A DNA stretch of 53,965 bases, filler included, from Circinaria calcarea (Eukaryota): assembly GCA_051942165.1 (NCBI GenBank). It is 2 parts of 2 records of this genome, joined end to end, with 100 filler letters (N's around TTAATTAATTAA, not from the genome) between each part and the next. Parts side by side here need not be neighbours in the genome. Positions count along the whole stretch, not along the records: positions 1 to 26,943 come from JAVECS010000072.1; positions 27,044 to 53,965 come from JAVECS010000073.1. The stretch is one strand, 5' to 3'. The first letter of the stretch is position 1; each line of letters begins with the position of its first letter. The position numbers and the translations under genes were made by a program. Under the pieces are notes generated by a model. The model was not told where the DNA came from and made no database searches. It saw nothing but the letters and a program-made list of their open reading frames with translations. Shown here piece by piece: positions 13,951-27,431 of the stretch.

Positions 13951-15960
13951 TTTTACTGTCCAGGAAGACAAACGGGGTCAACGCAAAGCTTTTTGGGAAT
14001 CGAAGAGAATGCAGTGACAAGAGTTCCAGTCCGGAGGGACAACGAAGCAGTGGTTATTATGGTGGGGGCTCACTATATCTTCCTCGATGGACCGATAGAC
14101 TAGCAAGCGAGCTCGTGTTTGCTCTGGACAAGGGGCGGGACAAGAGTTTGCAGAGGTGGCTAGAGGTGAATACAGCGGGATGAAGGAGGAGGAGAAAGAA
14201 GTAACCCAGGACCGTCCTTCGACCTCCTTATATAGACGGCCTGAGGGTCTGCCATCGTCGATGCCAGCCGATCCCCAGCATCTTCCTGACCACCGACCCC
14301 GCTTTGATAGTAAGCAGGCCGCGTCGGATGCCCTCATAGCTCGTGAAGCCGACATGCCCGGACTTCGGTCTATCCTGTAGTAAAGTTTGGACACCCTCCA
14401 TGGGGATTATAAATGACGGCGGATCCCTTGCTGCTTCTAGGAGTTTGGCAGCTGAACGGATGTTAGGCGCGGCTATTGGTGCGATTGCAGCAATGCCGCA
14501 GTGATTAGCTATGCTAACCGGCCGGCCATCACTAACGTTGCAAGTGTGACGTGGTGCGACTTTCTAACCACTGGCAGCACTGGGCGCTGGGGCCGTTGGG
14601 ACCGTTTGACCGTAGAGATATCTGGACAGTGGCCCAGAGCAGCTAGAGCGTCCACAGGCGGTAAGGCCATCGGAGGAAAAGCAATAGTGTGCAGATGGGG
14701 GGAGCGTGGGAAGAGACGGTAATGGAAAATGGTGTGCGTATGGGCTTCATGCTGGATGCGTTGGCCGTCGCTTAAAGGCTGGCAGTCTGTTCCAAGGTCA
14801 TGTCTAACGGCTGTCATCCCTTCACGCCCGCATCGAGCTTGATAGGGCCATGCGATGGTAGCGGTCAAGATGGCTGGATGGGCAGGCCATCTTAACATGC
14901 TACTGGCGGGGGCACTGGACATGCAGTTAACCTATCGACTACCTATTATTGATCTGCTTCGTTGTAGTGGTGGTTGTTTTAAGCTCGTCGTCTTCGGTAA
15001 CTCTAGCGTTGTCCACACACGGCCGTCGCACAAAACGGTGCTCAACTCTATTCTGATAACACTTTGGTGAACGAGCCTGTCCGGAGGAGAGCATACTCGA
15101 TTCCTTCCATCACAAGCAGGGCCTCTGCCGCCGTTTAGAAGTCGAGAGAGGTTATGGGCGCCTTGCTCTCGCCCAATCAGAAGCAAGGCTGCCCAACCTG
15201 GCTTGAAAAGGTCTATAGAAGACTTGTCCGCGTAACTATTGCGACAACGGCTTTGAACTTTCTTATGGACCTGGACCTAGATAAGTCTTGGGAGAACCAA
15301 GCAATGGATGTTTCGGGCAGGGGAGTCTAGGATGTAGCCTGTGGCTCCGTACGAGCATGGGGAAGGCTTGGGAGAACTGCGAGTGCTGCCAAGGCTGAAG
15401 ACATGTATTTTCCGAGTCGTATAGACAATCACTTAGCTGAAGACACCTATGCTCGGACACGATCATCAACTGTCGGAGAGCGTCGTCGGAGGTAGAGGGG
15501 GCTGGACCGGGGAAGGAGATTCGGGCTCCCATCTTCTACCATCTCTTCGCACCCTTGCGCCGTCTTCGTAGCAAGATGGACAGGGTGATGAGACTCCAGG
15601 AGAGCAAGTAGATGTGACACCCAAGTCCGTCCTCCGCCACATGCAGCTTCGTTGATTCCCACCGGAAACCCTCACTCTCACCCTCATCTGGAGGGTGGCC
15701 GTGGACCCTGATTTGACACTAGTCCCAGCCTCGCCTTACAGAAGCGGAGACATCAAATACTTTGCTGTAGCAACGGTCTACGGAAGGTAATCACCTTGAC
15801 CACGGAGCACTACACGAGCAATTGAATCCAGCTGCATCATAGAACTACCTGACAGCATGCCCATTCCCACTCCAAATGCGGAATACAACCAGCATCGCCA
15901 ATCCCATTGGCAGGTCATAATCTTCCGCTGAGAGCTTCCAGCACAACGATCCACGGTGCC

Positions 15961-18384
15961 ATGCCGGTACCGTTGTCCCCCACGCTCAGCAGTCGCAATG
16001 GCCTTAGGGCGATCCCTTACGAAGAAATTACGGCGGGCAAACCCCCAATCCCCATCACGGTCGCTCCACCTCCTCCAACCTCTGCACGTCTCGGTATCCA
16101 TCCACTAATGCGACCAACGACCTCTCCAGAGCCAAGCTTGAATGGCAGCAGCATGGCTCCATCAAAGATATACGGTCACGCAAGACGCAACTCCGGACTT
16201 GCTCCGTCAAGCTCGACAGCGAGGGAATCTCGCACAACCCTTGCGACAGACGCTGAGTCTGCCCTCAGTTCCAAGGACGCTCCAAGTCTAGGCAAGCACG
16301 CGGCAGGTAATCCGTCTACTCAATCGTCTCTCAAATGCATCAGAAAATGGAGGGAACTTCGAGCCGGACAGCCAGGCTCTCACGTCGAGGATTTCCGAGC
16401 GAATGTACCATCCTTTACGGGAATCAAAACAACCATTCCCACCGGCAGCATCGACGACTTGACTTCACCAGGGAACGTTCAGTTTTCGAAACGTGGTAGC
16501 TTACTCATTGGTGGAAAGAGGGCAAATTCAGACAATGCAGCGACAAATCATCGCGGAGGGACGACTGTGGCACTCCGGCAGCCGATCACCGTCGCACTTA
16601 CACCTACTACTGCGACAGCTCCCGCAAGAGTCATCTCAGTGGATGACGACTTGCTCTCCCAGAGAGTGCGGTCATTCTACAACAATGGTACAGATCGAAT
16701 TGCTTCAGACAGCCACCGAGAAAGTGGCAATAGCGCAATCGAGGAACAGGGCAGTAGCGCAGAAGTCCCGTCAAGGACCCCTTCACGGTCTGATGATACG
16801 AGATTGACGGTTGCCACTGGCCCTACCCAAGACCGAGCATCATCACTCACTACGTTCAACAGCCGGACGGAAAGTTTGATTAAACGCCAAGGCCATGAGC
16901 TAGCTGGGGGCATTGAGGATTGGGAAGACATTCAGGGCGGAGAAGTCGATCGTTATGGATTTATCGTTCCGCGGAGTCTTTCGTTTCCCTGTTCGTCGTC
17001 GAATTTTGTTGGGTCAACTTCACCAGAGCCACCTCGACTGCAGCGTGTTTCAACAACACTTCAATTGGCCTCCGAACTACCCAGGAGACAACGCAGTAAT
17101 TTGGGCCGGAAGTCATCGATCAACTCGTCGACTCGCTCCGCGACGGTACCACTTCCTCAGAGGAGGTTCTCAAAACGAGAACGACGGCCACCTTCATCAC
17201 AAGGTTCCTACCAAAGCTCGAATTTTAGACCCGGTACGCGCATGCGCCTAGCGGCTAACAGATTCCCACACAACCGAGATCGAAGATGGATTTACGATGC
17301 GGGAGACATGCTCACACTACCTCCCGGGCTCGCCGATATAGGCGAACATGAGGAAGACGGCAGAATGGCTTATCAGATAAGGCGGAGGGAAAGGGAAAGA
17401 GAAGACAAGTGGATGAGGATGGCAAGGCAAATCAAAACTAGTCGTGATGGAGGTGGCATGGTATTCGAATTCGATACCAGCAGTCCAAAATTGATATCTA
17501 GGACATGGAAGGGTATTCCTGATCGTTGGAGAGCAACTGCATGGCATGCTTTCCTGACTGCCAGCGCTAGGAAGATTCCGGGAAGTCCGAGTGATGACGA
17601 GTTGAAGAGCACTTTCGTCGAACTCCTCGATCAAAGCTCTCCGGACGATGTACAGATAGATATTGATGTTCCCCGGACCATAAACAGTCATATTATGTTC
17701 CGGCGGCGCTATCGGGGGGGCCAGAGATTACTGTTCCGAGTTCTGCATTGTTTGTCAGTATATTTTCCGGAAACTGGATATGTACAAGGCATGGCTGCCT
17801 TGGCCGCCACTATACTTTGTTACTTTGACGAGGAAATGGCTTTCGTCATGCTCGTTAGGATGTGGGAGCTTAGGGGGCTTGCCCGCCTTTACGAATCTGG
17901 CTTCGAGGGACTTTTCGATGCTCTCGATGAGTTTGACAAGCAATGGCTGGCTGGTAGCGACGTGGCTACCAAGATGGTAAGTCACTCCGTGGGCTTGATA
18001 CTGCATGGCTGACTCGTGGTTTAGAACGCATTCGGGATACCGCCCACGGCTTACGGTACCCGATGGTATCTCACCATCTTCAATTATTCTATTCCGTTCG
18101 CTGCCCAGCTTCGCGTTTGGGATGTCTTCATGCTCCTGGGTGACGCCGAAACCTCTTCATCGATGTCTGACCCTAAAAATCCCGAGGAGTCTCATCATGG
18201 TGGCGGCCTGGACGTACTTCATGCCACCTCTGCGGCCTTGATTGATGGCACCAGGGAGATATTACTAGAGTCCGATTTCGAGAACGCAATGAAGGTCTTA
18301 ACGAGCTGGATCCCCATTCGAGATGAAGAAATTTTGATGCGAGTCGTAAAAGCGGAATGGAAGATGCATCGGAGGAAAAAGTAA
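15961..18384 (+). CDS. TBC-domain Rab GTPase-activating protein (start uncertain)
   Basis: TBC motifs KGIPDRWRATAW, IDIDVPRT (Arg finger) and GYVQGM (Gln finger). Intron 17977-18024 leads into YGTRWYLTIF..RVWDVF. First in-frame ATG is at 15961. Confidence 0.85.
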
Positions 18385-20804
18385 GCGCCAGGGAGCTGTT
18401 ATCGCGTACCGTGTCTCTGCTTGGCTCTCGCGCTCTGGCAAGGAGCACAACTCCTTGGGCTTGGCCGTTGGTGCTGATACATTATTATGAAGCACAACTA
18501 ATAATGCGGATTTCAGGTCCTGCTCAACTTTGTTATATCTAGCTGTTATTTTATATACCCAGTGTAGCAAATGATCACAAATCCACTCGATTTTCAGATC
18601 AAGTACGGATACGGATGCTGCACCAAACTCTGCCTCGGTAATGATTATCTTGCTCTGGCTAGTACTCCCATGATACTTTTCCCTGACCTAAAATGTCCTC
18701 ATGCGTGGATCAGCTCAACAACAGCCAACACACAAGGAACCTGAAGCGTAAGGTCACGCATTGATTAGTATCTGTCATCCCATGGGAGCATGTGCGCGGC
18801 GCCCATGGGCCATCACTTCAGTCCAAAATACCAAAAATCTATAGACCATCACCGTCCCCACCTCGTCGTGATAACTGTGCAGATCTTCCTGGCAACCCTG
18901 CTCTGTGCTGTCTGTCTCAGGGCGGTCAGGGGTTCGTCCGCGACCCACCACGCCCACGAGGCTCGTCGACGGTGCCACGCTCACCACGCGACAAGTAGAT
19001 CGACTAGCCAACCTCGAGCCGAAGGCTCTCAGACCAAGCCAAAGCGGGCCGAAACGGTGTTTCAGTGGCGTTTGGTGGCGCGTGGATCATGCAGATCTTG
19101 GTGATGCCTCGCTTACCACTTCTAAACGGGCTAACTTCTGAGCACGGGCTTTTCCTCACCATCGGGGTTTCATGCTCTTTTTGGGCAGCTGTCAGATCAC
19201 AGTTGCACCACCAACAATCAGAACGTTTTAGTTCTGACGGGTGAACCCATCGGATCCCCGCTCCAGACAGACGACGACATCAATCGAAAACGACCAATAA
19301 CTCCAGCCTACGGAACATCAGAGTATCACTTGTCGGAGGCCCTTAGGGTGAGCGACAAGGCCTTGAACATCTAAAACGACGAAGCAGATCCGTGTCGTAT
19401 GTGGATGACTGCATAATCTCTAAACCAGCCACCAGAAGGCGCTGCTTCTTCTCAAGCCCCGGCTACCAGCTCGGATTACGGAGGAGGTCTGTCGGACGAT
19501 TTCGCCCACGTTTCCCTTTCCAGTAGGTAATCAGGTTGAGGTATAGTACCAGAAGCTGCAGGAACAGTGTATCTCTGTATTACCATGTAGGGCAACCGAC
19601 AGCAGGCGATGCCCGACTCTTTTACCTTGTGCATTGTTCTCGAGAGGTTTGTGGGAAGAATACCTCGGCAATGCTGTAGAAGTCTCCCCAGCCCGTTTAT
19701 GATCCTCGGCCGTCCTTTGGTGGCCTACCCGCTGAAGAGATGGACGTGGACGAGGACCACTGATGCATGTTGCACTGGTCCTGATGTCTTCGCTTAAGCC
19801 ACATCGGGAAGGCTCCCAGTGACCGTGTAGCCAAAGCCCCAAACGGGCCTAATAAACGGGCCACTTATTCCATCAGGGTCTCGCTGTCCGCATCGACTTG
19901 CCCCTCCGGCGTGAGCTCGGCACCAGAACAGGCCAGCTCGGCAAGACCTTCTCCGGCCACGACGGGCGTGATGCGCTCTTTCATGCGTGCCATCATCTTC
20001 AGGCCGAGCCAAGTCGTCATTCGCTTTCTGGGCGCGCGGGCTGAACCCAGGTTTTGGCGCTTCCAGGATGCGCCTGTAGCCTTCGGCCAGAGTGAGAACC
20101 CCATGTAGGGTCACTCCCCAGGCGTGTTTGATGTAAACACTGCCGGTGCTTCTCAGGGATCCCACTCGAGCAATTCAGGCCAGACAGAATCTGCTGGTCG
20201 ACTCGATTGGCGGTAGGGACGCGGCGATAGATGCACGGCTCTCAACAGCTACGAGCGAGCATGAAACCCGGTCGGTTTTCCATGGTCCGGGAGTAGCGTC
20301 CTCTCTCTGGATGGCTGATTCGGATTGCCCAGGTGAACGATCGGGCGCAGCGACTGTCACCGCTTTGGAAAGCGTCATCCCTCGTCAGATCTACCGCCAC
20401 TTGCCTCTTTGGTCTTTCGCAATTGCGACCGGGGCACGCTTAGAACTGCCCTGCCGCCTTACCAATACTCTGCGACGCCCCCGTTCATTTCTTCTTCGGG
20501 CTCTCCAAACCCGCCATCATTTGCTTCGGACGGCCTTCCGTCTGAGCCTCTGAAGCTTGTGCTCCAACAAAAACCGTATCACACCACTACTTTCACCCCT
20601 GGCGCCTCTCCCTCAGCCCCCTGCTCACCCCGAGTCGCCGCGTTCAACCCGATTCGACTTCTCCAAAGCCAGACCAAGCCACCATTTACCCATTCAGCTA
20701 TCATCCTTTGCAGGCATCGTGTCTACGTTCCACAACCGCTTCTTGTTTTTCTCCTTCTTCGTCTCCCTTCCTCCACCTCACTGTTCTCCTTCTTCTGTGT
20801 CTTA

Positions 20805-20874
20805 TTCTCCTTCTCCTTCTCTTTCTCCTTCTCCTCCTCCTCCTCCTCCTCCTCCTCTTCCTCTTCCTCTTCCT
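20805..20874. repeat. 70-nt pure pyrimidine tract with (TCC)n / (TCTTCC)n microsatellite
   Basis: Directly visible: only C and T from 20805 to 20874. Confidence 0.95.
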
Positions 20875-21127
20875 GTTCTTCCTGATACCGGTGTCCTGGC
20901 CTTCCGTCGAATCCTGGGTTGGTGCCTCTAACTTGTCATCGCTTGATATAACCGGCTATCTGGACCTGGCTCTCTACCTGTGCAGAGGAGTTATGTGAAG
21001 AAAGCGATTTCGCAATTGCGTTCAGTGAGAATATAGACATTCGATCTCGTTGCCATCTACATTCTATCCATCACCTCACCCTCCGTCGGCCTCCAATGCT
21101 GTCTCGGCCGTAACACCATTGCGCCCA

Positions 21128-22621
21128 ATGTTACTTACACTCAAGCCACCATTGCAGAACGGCTACCCACCTCCTCATGTGTACTCACCGCTGCAGCCTC
21201 CATCCTCGAAATCCTTTTCGCCTGCGGTGAGTGGAACCTCTCTCCCTCCATTGGCAGATAGTAGCTCTCGGACAATGGGCACTCCTCATCGCGGCTTACC
21301 GCTACCATTGGCGATGACACTACAAAACTCCGATCGAGGACCACCGTCAATCGCCCAATCCCTCGGTCAACTTCCGGCTCCCCCCAGTCAATGGCAAGGC
21401 GCGGACGAGTCAATGAGGAATTGGCTGCAGGCCAAGGCCGAGGAAGATCGCCGGAAACAAGAGGAGGAGAGGACGCGGCAGGAATCGTTAAGGCTCGAAC
21501 AGCGCAAAATCGAACAGACCATCCTTCGAGAATCGTTGCAAGGCGGAGTGCCTCCTCATATGGTTCCCATGGTCTTTGCCGGTATGGGCGGCGGTAATTT
21601 GGCAAACGCGAGTATGGAATGGGCGCAGCATTACATGGCACAAATCAATCTGCAGGCACAGATGCAGCAACAGCAGCTTCAGCAACAGCAGCATCAACAG
21701 CATCAACAACAGCAATCAGCGTTACCACCAGCCCAATCATCACCCGAATCGCGTCGTGATACCAGAACGATTGCGGGTCCGCAGCCGAACCCTTACGGTA
21801 GCCAACAGCTCCCTCCACCACAGGGAGCTCTTAATCCGTTAGGACAACAGACTCAGTCGCAAATCGCGCCTTCAACGAGCTTCACGCCGTCATACCAGGC
21901 ACCAAATTTATCGAGTGAACGACTTAGGATGCATCAACAGCAACAGCCTCTACAGGCTGCTCCATTAGCTCCCATTGCCAGGCCACCGGCCTCATCCTCA
22001 CTGGCGCGGTTGAATACCGGGGAGATGCAGATCCAAGCCCCTCCACAGGCAGGGTCACAGTTGCCTACTCAACACCCATTACAACAAACACAGACTAGCC
22101 AACAGCAGGAGCAGCAGGCATCCTCGCCGTCAATCTACTTCCACCATTGGGTACCGCCCGCGTCACAAGCCGCGTCAAAGGATCCCCAGACCCCATCGGG
22201 AAAAAGTCAGCACGAGTCTCCCTACTCGCAAAGTAACAACTCCCATTTACGTTCAGAGTACACCAACTCCCCCAAGAAGCGCAAAACCACTGGGTCGCAC
22301 CAGCCAGGACAACCGCCTTCCTCCCATCCTCAGTCGGAAACCTCCCCACCTTTCCCTCAGAACACACTGTCTGAACGACGCCGGACGCACTCCAATCATC
22401 GGAGTGATGCCTCGTCACGTGGTACCCATGAGGCGCTGGGTGGATCAGGGAGCCGGACCGAAAGTCGTCATCGACACCATAGCATATCCGAGGCCGAAAG
22501 CGGAAGTCAGCGGCAAGCCTCCACCCAATCTGAAACACGCCAATCTCGCAACTCGGCTGGTCCGGACAAGAGGCGTTCCGATAACGGGACGCCTAAGCGA
22601 GAGCCGGAGGCACCGTCATGA
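21128..22621 (+). CDS. Gln/Pro-rich hypothetical protein with coiled-coil segment
   Basis: Long ORF with first ATG at 21128. Contains MRNWLQAKAEEDRRKQEEERTRQESLRLEQRKIEQ, GGVPPHMVPMVF, poly-Q, an IYFHHWVPP motif and an NLS-like SPKKRK. Confidence 0.8.
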   Translation: MLLTLKPPLQNGYPPPHVYSPLQPPSSKSFSPAVSGTSLPPLADSSSRTMGTPHRGLPLPLAMTLQNSDRGPPSIAQSLGQLPAPPSQWQGADESMRNWLQAKAEEDRRKQEEERTRQESLRLEQRKIEQTILRESLQGGVPPHMVPMVFAGMGGGNLANASMEWAQHYMAQINLQAQMQQQQLQQQQHQQHQQQQSALPPAQSSPESRRDTRTIAGPQPNPYGSQQLPPPQGALNPLGQQTQSQIAPSTSFTPSYQAPNLSSERLRMHQQQQPLQAAPLAPIARPPASSSLARLNTGEMQIQAPPQAGSQLPTQHPLQQTQTSQQQEQQASSPSIYFHHWVPPASQAASKDPQTPSGKSQHESPYSQSNNSHLRSEYTNSPKKRKTTGSHQPGQPPSSHPQSETSPPFPQNTLSERRRTHSNHRSDASSRGTHEALGGSGSRTESRHRHHSISEAESGSQRQASTQSETRQSRNSAGPDKRRSDNGTPKREPEAPS

Positions 22622-23987
22622 AAAGAGGGAGCGGAGTCTTGATTTGCGGGTTGGGAATTCCGGTGGTTGGTGAAAACCTCTTGGATGTACCGGTGGCTTG
22701 TCTTAAATGTACCCTTTTTGCTTCTCGTTCCAATACCCTTTTGCGACCACCACCGTGCAGCGATGTTGCCACCGCAGACGATGGATGCTATTCGTCTCCT
22801 TTCTAACAGTTCTGCTTCCTGAAGCTGTTGCGTTGACGGTTTAGCCTCGCTGACCGTCTGGATGGTACGGCATGCTGCGAGTCCATATCATGTAAACACA
22901 ACTGTATGATAGGAATATGAACGTCCGGCACTACCGTACCAGTTCTGATCCAATCGAGAGTTGGAGTAACATGCCAATTGTGAGGGTTCCTGGATTTCCC
23001 GGTGCGGAGTCGAAGCGATTGCGCTTAGTCTTGGTCCTCATGTAAAATAACTCCGGAAAACAACGAATCGTGCACTTACTCAACCCACCCCAGTTATAAT
23101 TGAATAAAATTTACCAATGCCTTGGACTGTGATGTATTCTAGTAAACCCATGATGTTCAGATAACTCCTACCATTGCGCATGGTGGAATTGATGAAAACA
23201 ATCATTTTTGAAACGTTATATTGGCGAGCTCGAATGATAAGGCTTAGATCTTTGGAAAATCCTGAATCGATTCCCACGTTCATACAAGAAGAATTCTTCA
23301 ATTGAAAAGACCTCGTGGAGGTAGACTATCAACAAGATTCACGGATTTTACCCATTCGAAGCAATTTTGGAGTTTTCAAGTTCGCCGGGAATGCGCATAC
23401 AATAATCTGACTTGTACCTGTAGGCCACTACGCTGCATGAACTGCCGCAGTCTTCCAAACACACCGGGCTTGCAGTTTGATCGTACTGGCTTCAACAGGG
23501 AATGCTGCGAAAGATCATGATGACTACATTGTGCAGAATAGGAAGATTATTCATGTATTTCCAAGACATCAGGTTGGTGCACAACGGAGGTCTGTAGCTA
23601 CATCAGGCCCAGCACCCAAAGCTGACCATGGATGTCTGATTGCATCTACCCCGAGCCCTGAGAGCCACTAACTGAAGGAAGCGAGCACCCGGAGGAGATA
23701 TTCGGTCACTGGCCGAGGGCGTAGTCGGACACCAGTGCCTCAAAGTCGACGTGCTTCCCTTCCTACAACAGTCATGTAGTCGTGTGTAGGGTGCATGCCA
23801 GCGAGTATCCCTGAAGTACAGCCTCCAAGATCCGAAGCATTCTAGGTTGTAAAATCAACGCAGAAGGTGAAGCTCGTGTCAAGTCATGCAGGACGGATGC
23901 GTGCGTGAGCAGCCCAGCATCCTGGGCGAAGCGCATGCACACAGAAACGTGGACGCTATCTTCCACCTGCCGCTTACACCGATTGAG

Positions 23988-26943
23988 TTACTCTGTATCG
24001 TTCTCGTTGGCCGGAATTTGGTCAATTTCATCCTCCGCATCCGAAATCTGTTCTCCCAGAGCTCTCAAACGTTTCTGGTGTTGTCCGTCAGTCAAGCGGA
24101 CTTGTGGCCACAATGCGGATAACGGTACCTTGTCTCTTTCCCGCTTCTCTTCCAGGTCTCCCAACACCATAAACATGTCGTCCAGCTCGGTTTGTGCTGA
24201 CGACCGCGCCTCTTCCTTCTCCTCCAGGCTTTTCTGGGCTTCAATTGCTCGCACCTCCGCTTCTGCGGCCTTCTCCTCCGCCCATTTGATCCTGAGTTCG
24301 AGGGCATGAATGTTCGAGGAATACTCTTCATGAGCGGTTTGAAGGTCTTGTATATGATCTATGTTTGATTTTTCTAACTGGATCTGCAAGCTGTGTATGG
24401 TCGATTTGAGATCGCTAACTTCAGCCTCTGTCCTTGCTCGGATCCTTGAAGAGGTGGCTTCGTTCTCATCTTTCGACTGCTGGATGCTGGCACGTAATGA
24501 TGTAACCAAAGACTCATTTTTTTGCATGACGTCCAACCGAGTAGCTTCATGCTCCTCCTGAACCTTCCGAAGCTCCTCTTCGTGGTTTCTCTGTAGACTC
24601 TCGTTGATATTTCGTATTCTCGTGACCTCTGCTGACGCCGTCTCCTTTACCTTGCGGTGGTCAGCTCGCTCCTGGCTGAGCCTTCGCTGTAAAGTCATGA
24701 CCTCAGCCTCGGCCTTCTGTAAGGCTTGGGTACGATCCTCCACTTGCGACTTGAGCGAATCAACCAGTTCGCGAGAGATACCCTTCTGAATGCCTTTTGC
24801 AATGACTGAGACTTCTATGCCCGGATCCCGATCGATGGCTCGAAGAATCCGACTAAAATTATCCTTGAAGAAGTCTACAAAGGTCCTGTCAAAATACATT
24901 TCTGGAGGATTGCTCATGGCAGGATAATTGGGCGATAGTGCTCGGGGAGGCACATCGAAATCACGTATCAGCGGATGTTCTCGGAGTTTAGTAAGTTTGT
25001 CGATGAAATGTTCTCGACCTAGATAATTAGTAAGGATTTCATGCAGTGTCAGGCGTGAAATCGGGGAATCTTTGGTGGAGAATTCGTAAATGATTCCAAG
25101 AAGGAAGGCACAAAGACCCGCTAGAAGTATCATTTGCTGCTTGGGTTGTATGACCATCTGAATCAAGCTTTGAACGTTGCTGCCCTCGCCTAAAAAGTCG
25201 TTGACTGCATCGGGATCTTCATACAACCAGGCACTCAAAACCATCAGATACCCGATACTAATTCTGTCGTCCTCACCTTTCTGCACGCCTGCGATAAGAT
25301 TCCCTGATATAGACTGAATGCAGGTCACTACCTCTTCCCCATTCGCTGCATCGCCTTCTGCAACTTCCATGACAAGATTCTTGGAGTCATAGTCCTCGTA
25401 AAGAAGATGGAAAAGGAGAATAGCAGCTAACCATTGGCGATATGGATCGGCGAAACGAGTTTTCTCGGGGCTTTGTAGTAAAATGGTAAGAATGTTATCA
25501 GTGTCGTCCTTATCATACAGGTGAAGCTCGATCGCTCTTCGCAAGAAGTGCAAGCGAATTGGTGTATGCCGAAACAGATAGGCTTTTATGCACTCGCAGG
25601 CGGATAATCGAACGTTGAACGGATAGCTTACTGTTGACGATAATGCCAGGTCTAGTAGGGCTTGGATAACATTGACTTTTTGCACTTGTGCAACCTGACC
25701 ATGCCCGTTGATTTGGGGAGGGATAGCTTCAGAGGCGACTTCAAGCCGCGCAAACTGTTCTTGGAGGTTGCTATTCCCTCTGATCAAATCCGCGCATGTG
25801 ATGAGTGCCTAAAGATGGGTCTTGCATTAGCTTAGTGGTAATTGACGCTGCAGCGTGGTTTTACCTCAGACCTGACGTTCACTCTGATGGATATATGGAA
25901 TGAAATCTCGAGAATTTGAGACACAACTCCGTTCTGCCAGAATGACGTTTGGTTGACCTGTGTACCCGTGGTTACTCCGCTCAAAAATAAGCGCACTACG
26001 GAAAGCAACCCCCAAACGTTCTTATCACGTTGCGCTATAGCCCAATCGGCAACGCTCCCAGATGACTCTTCCCGAACGACCTGAGAAAAAATCTTGGCAA
26101 GCTTAGCCATCCAGCCCGTTTCCCGGAAGAACGATTGATTTGAAGCATTCAAACGAAGTAAGTTGGCTAGGAGTGATAGGCAATCTTGGACAATGACCCC
26201 GCCATGAGTCAAAGATCCTTCAGCATCAATGATACTGAAGATACGGTCGAACGCACTTTCGAACGCCACCAACTTTTGCAAGTCCGGTGAGGTTGGAGTA
26301 AGCGCGGTCAGAAGAAGTAAACCCTCTAAAAGGAAAATGAGACCACTGTAACCAGAAGCCCACCAAAAGAGGCTCCAACCTACCGGTTCGTATGGCTTCT
26401 CGTTTATCATCCAGGACGGCCACCAGCCTCGACACCCCCAAAGGCGCCGTGTAGACACATTCCTGTGTGCGTTCTGGGCGTGCCGTAGATATAGCCGATA
26501 TCAATTGTAAAGAGTATAAGCGAGAGAAGAAATCGTGCCTGTCAAGGAGGTCGAGAAGGACGGTAATATTTTCCTGACGCTGGATTTCAAGCTCAGTAAG
26601 TTGCAAATTGGACGAGGAGTGGATGTCCCAAACCTGTGTGAACTCGTCGGCAAGCCATAAAGCGATATCATCGGAGGCTTCGGGCTGAATTTTCATCAGT
26701 GAATTAGATGTCAGGTATTTAATCACTTCTCACACTTGACTTGTCGGGATTAAAAAGCATCAAAAGCGTTTCCAACAGCCCCTTTGCTGTGTCCACATCT
26801 TCACTGTCCTTCCCAAGGCTGTTGATCAGACCTCTCAAAGCCCCAGAGGCTACAGAGGCAGGGTAGAGCTTGGCAAAACTTCTCAAACCCAAGATAGCTG
26901 CCCTGCGATCCTCAACAAGCGTTGCACTCTGTAGGCGGCCACT
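23988..26943 (-). CDS. USO1: Uso1/p115 ER-Golgi tethering factor (5' end lost in assembly gap)
   Basis: SGRLQSATLVEDRRAAILGLRSFAK head, APLGVSRLV, QKLVAFESAF, armadillo-like head, coiled-coil tail and acidic C-terminus. Several introns, e.g. 26685-26733 and 24075-24128. Confidence 0.92.
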
Positions 26944-27043
26944 NNNNNNNNNNNNNNNNNNNNNNNNNNNNNNNNNNNNNNNNNNNNTTAATTAATTAAN
27001 NNNNNNNNNNNNNNNNNNNNNNNNNNNNNNNNNNNNNNNNNNN
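26944..27043. other. Artificial scaffold/contig linker (N44-TTAATTAATTAA-N44)
   Basis: Symmetric 100-nt N run containing a palindromic sequence with stop codons in all six frames. Confidence 0.95.
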
Positions 27044-27431
27044 TCATGATACCGGTGGACACGCGAATTATGAGGACTCTGATAGCATGTTCAAGTATCT
27101 GAGGGTGAGGGGAAAGCTCCCGGCGGGAAGCGTGATTACTGTGGAGCCAGGAGTGTATTTCTGTAGGTTCATCATCGAGCCTTATCTGAAGGATCCAGTA
27201 CATGGTCAATTCATTGACAAGGAGGTGCTGGAGAGGTACTGGAATGTGGGCGGCGTACGGATTGAGGGTGAGTGCCTCTTCACCTGTGCCGATACCGCGT
27301 GAATAGCGGCTTTTCAGCTACTAACAAGTTTAATTCTAGATAATGTCCTTATTACGCCAGATGGCTTTGACAATTTAACGACAGCGCTGAAGGAAGTAGA
27401 TGAGATGGAAAAGGTGATAAATGGTTACTGA
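27044..27431 (+). CDS. Xaa-Pro aminopeptidase/prolidase (M24B), C-terminal part (5' end lost in gap)
   Basis: [14 protein letters not shown] and GGVRIE|DNVLIT motifs. Intron 27268-27339; stop TGA at 27429-27431. Confidence 0.9.

Noticed and set aside
20409..20998. Poly-Ser/Pro/Leu ORFs
   Set aside because: Artefacts of translating the pyrimidine microsatellite.
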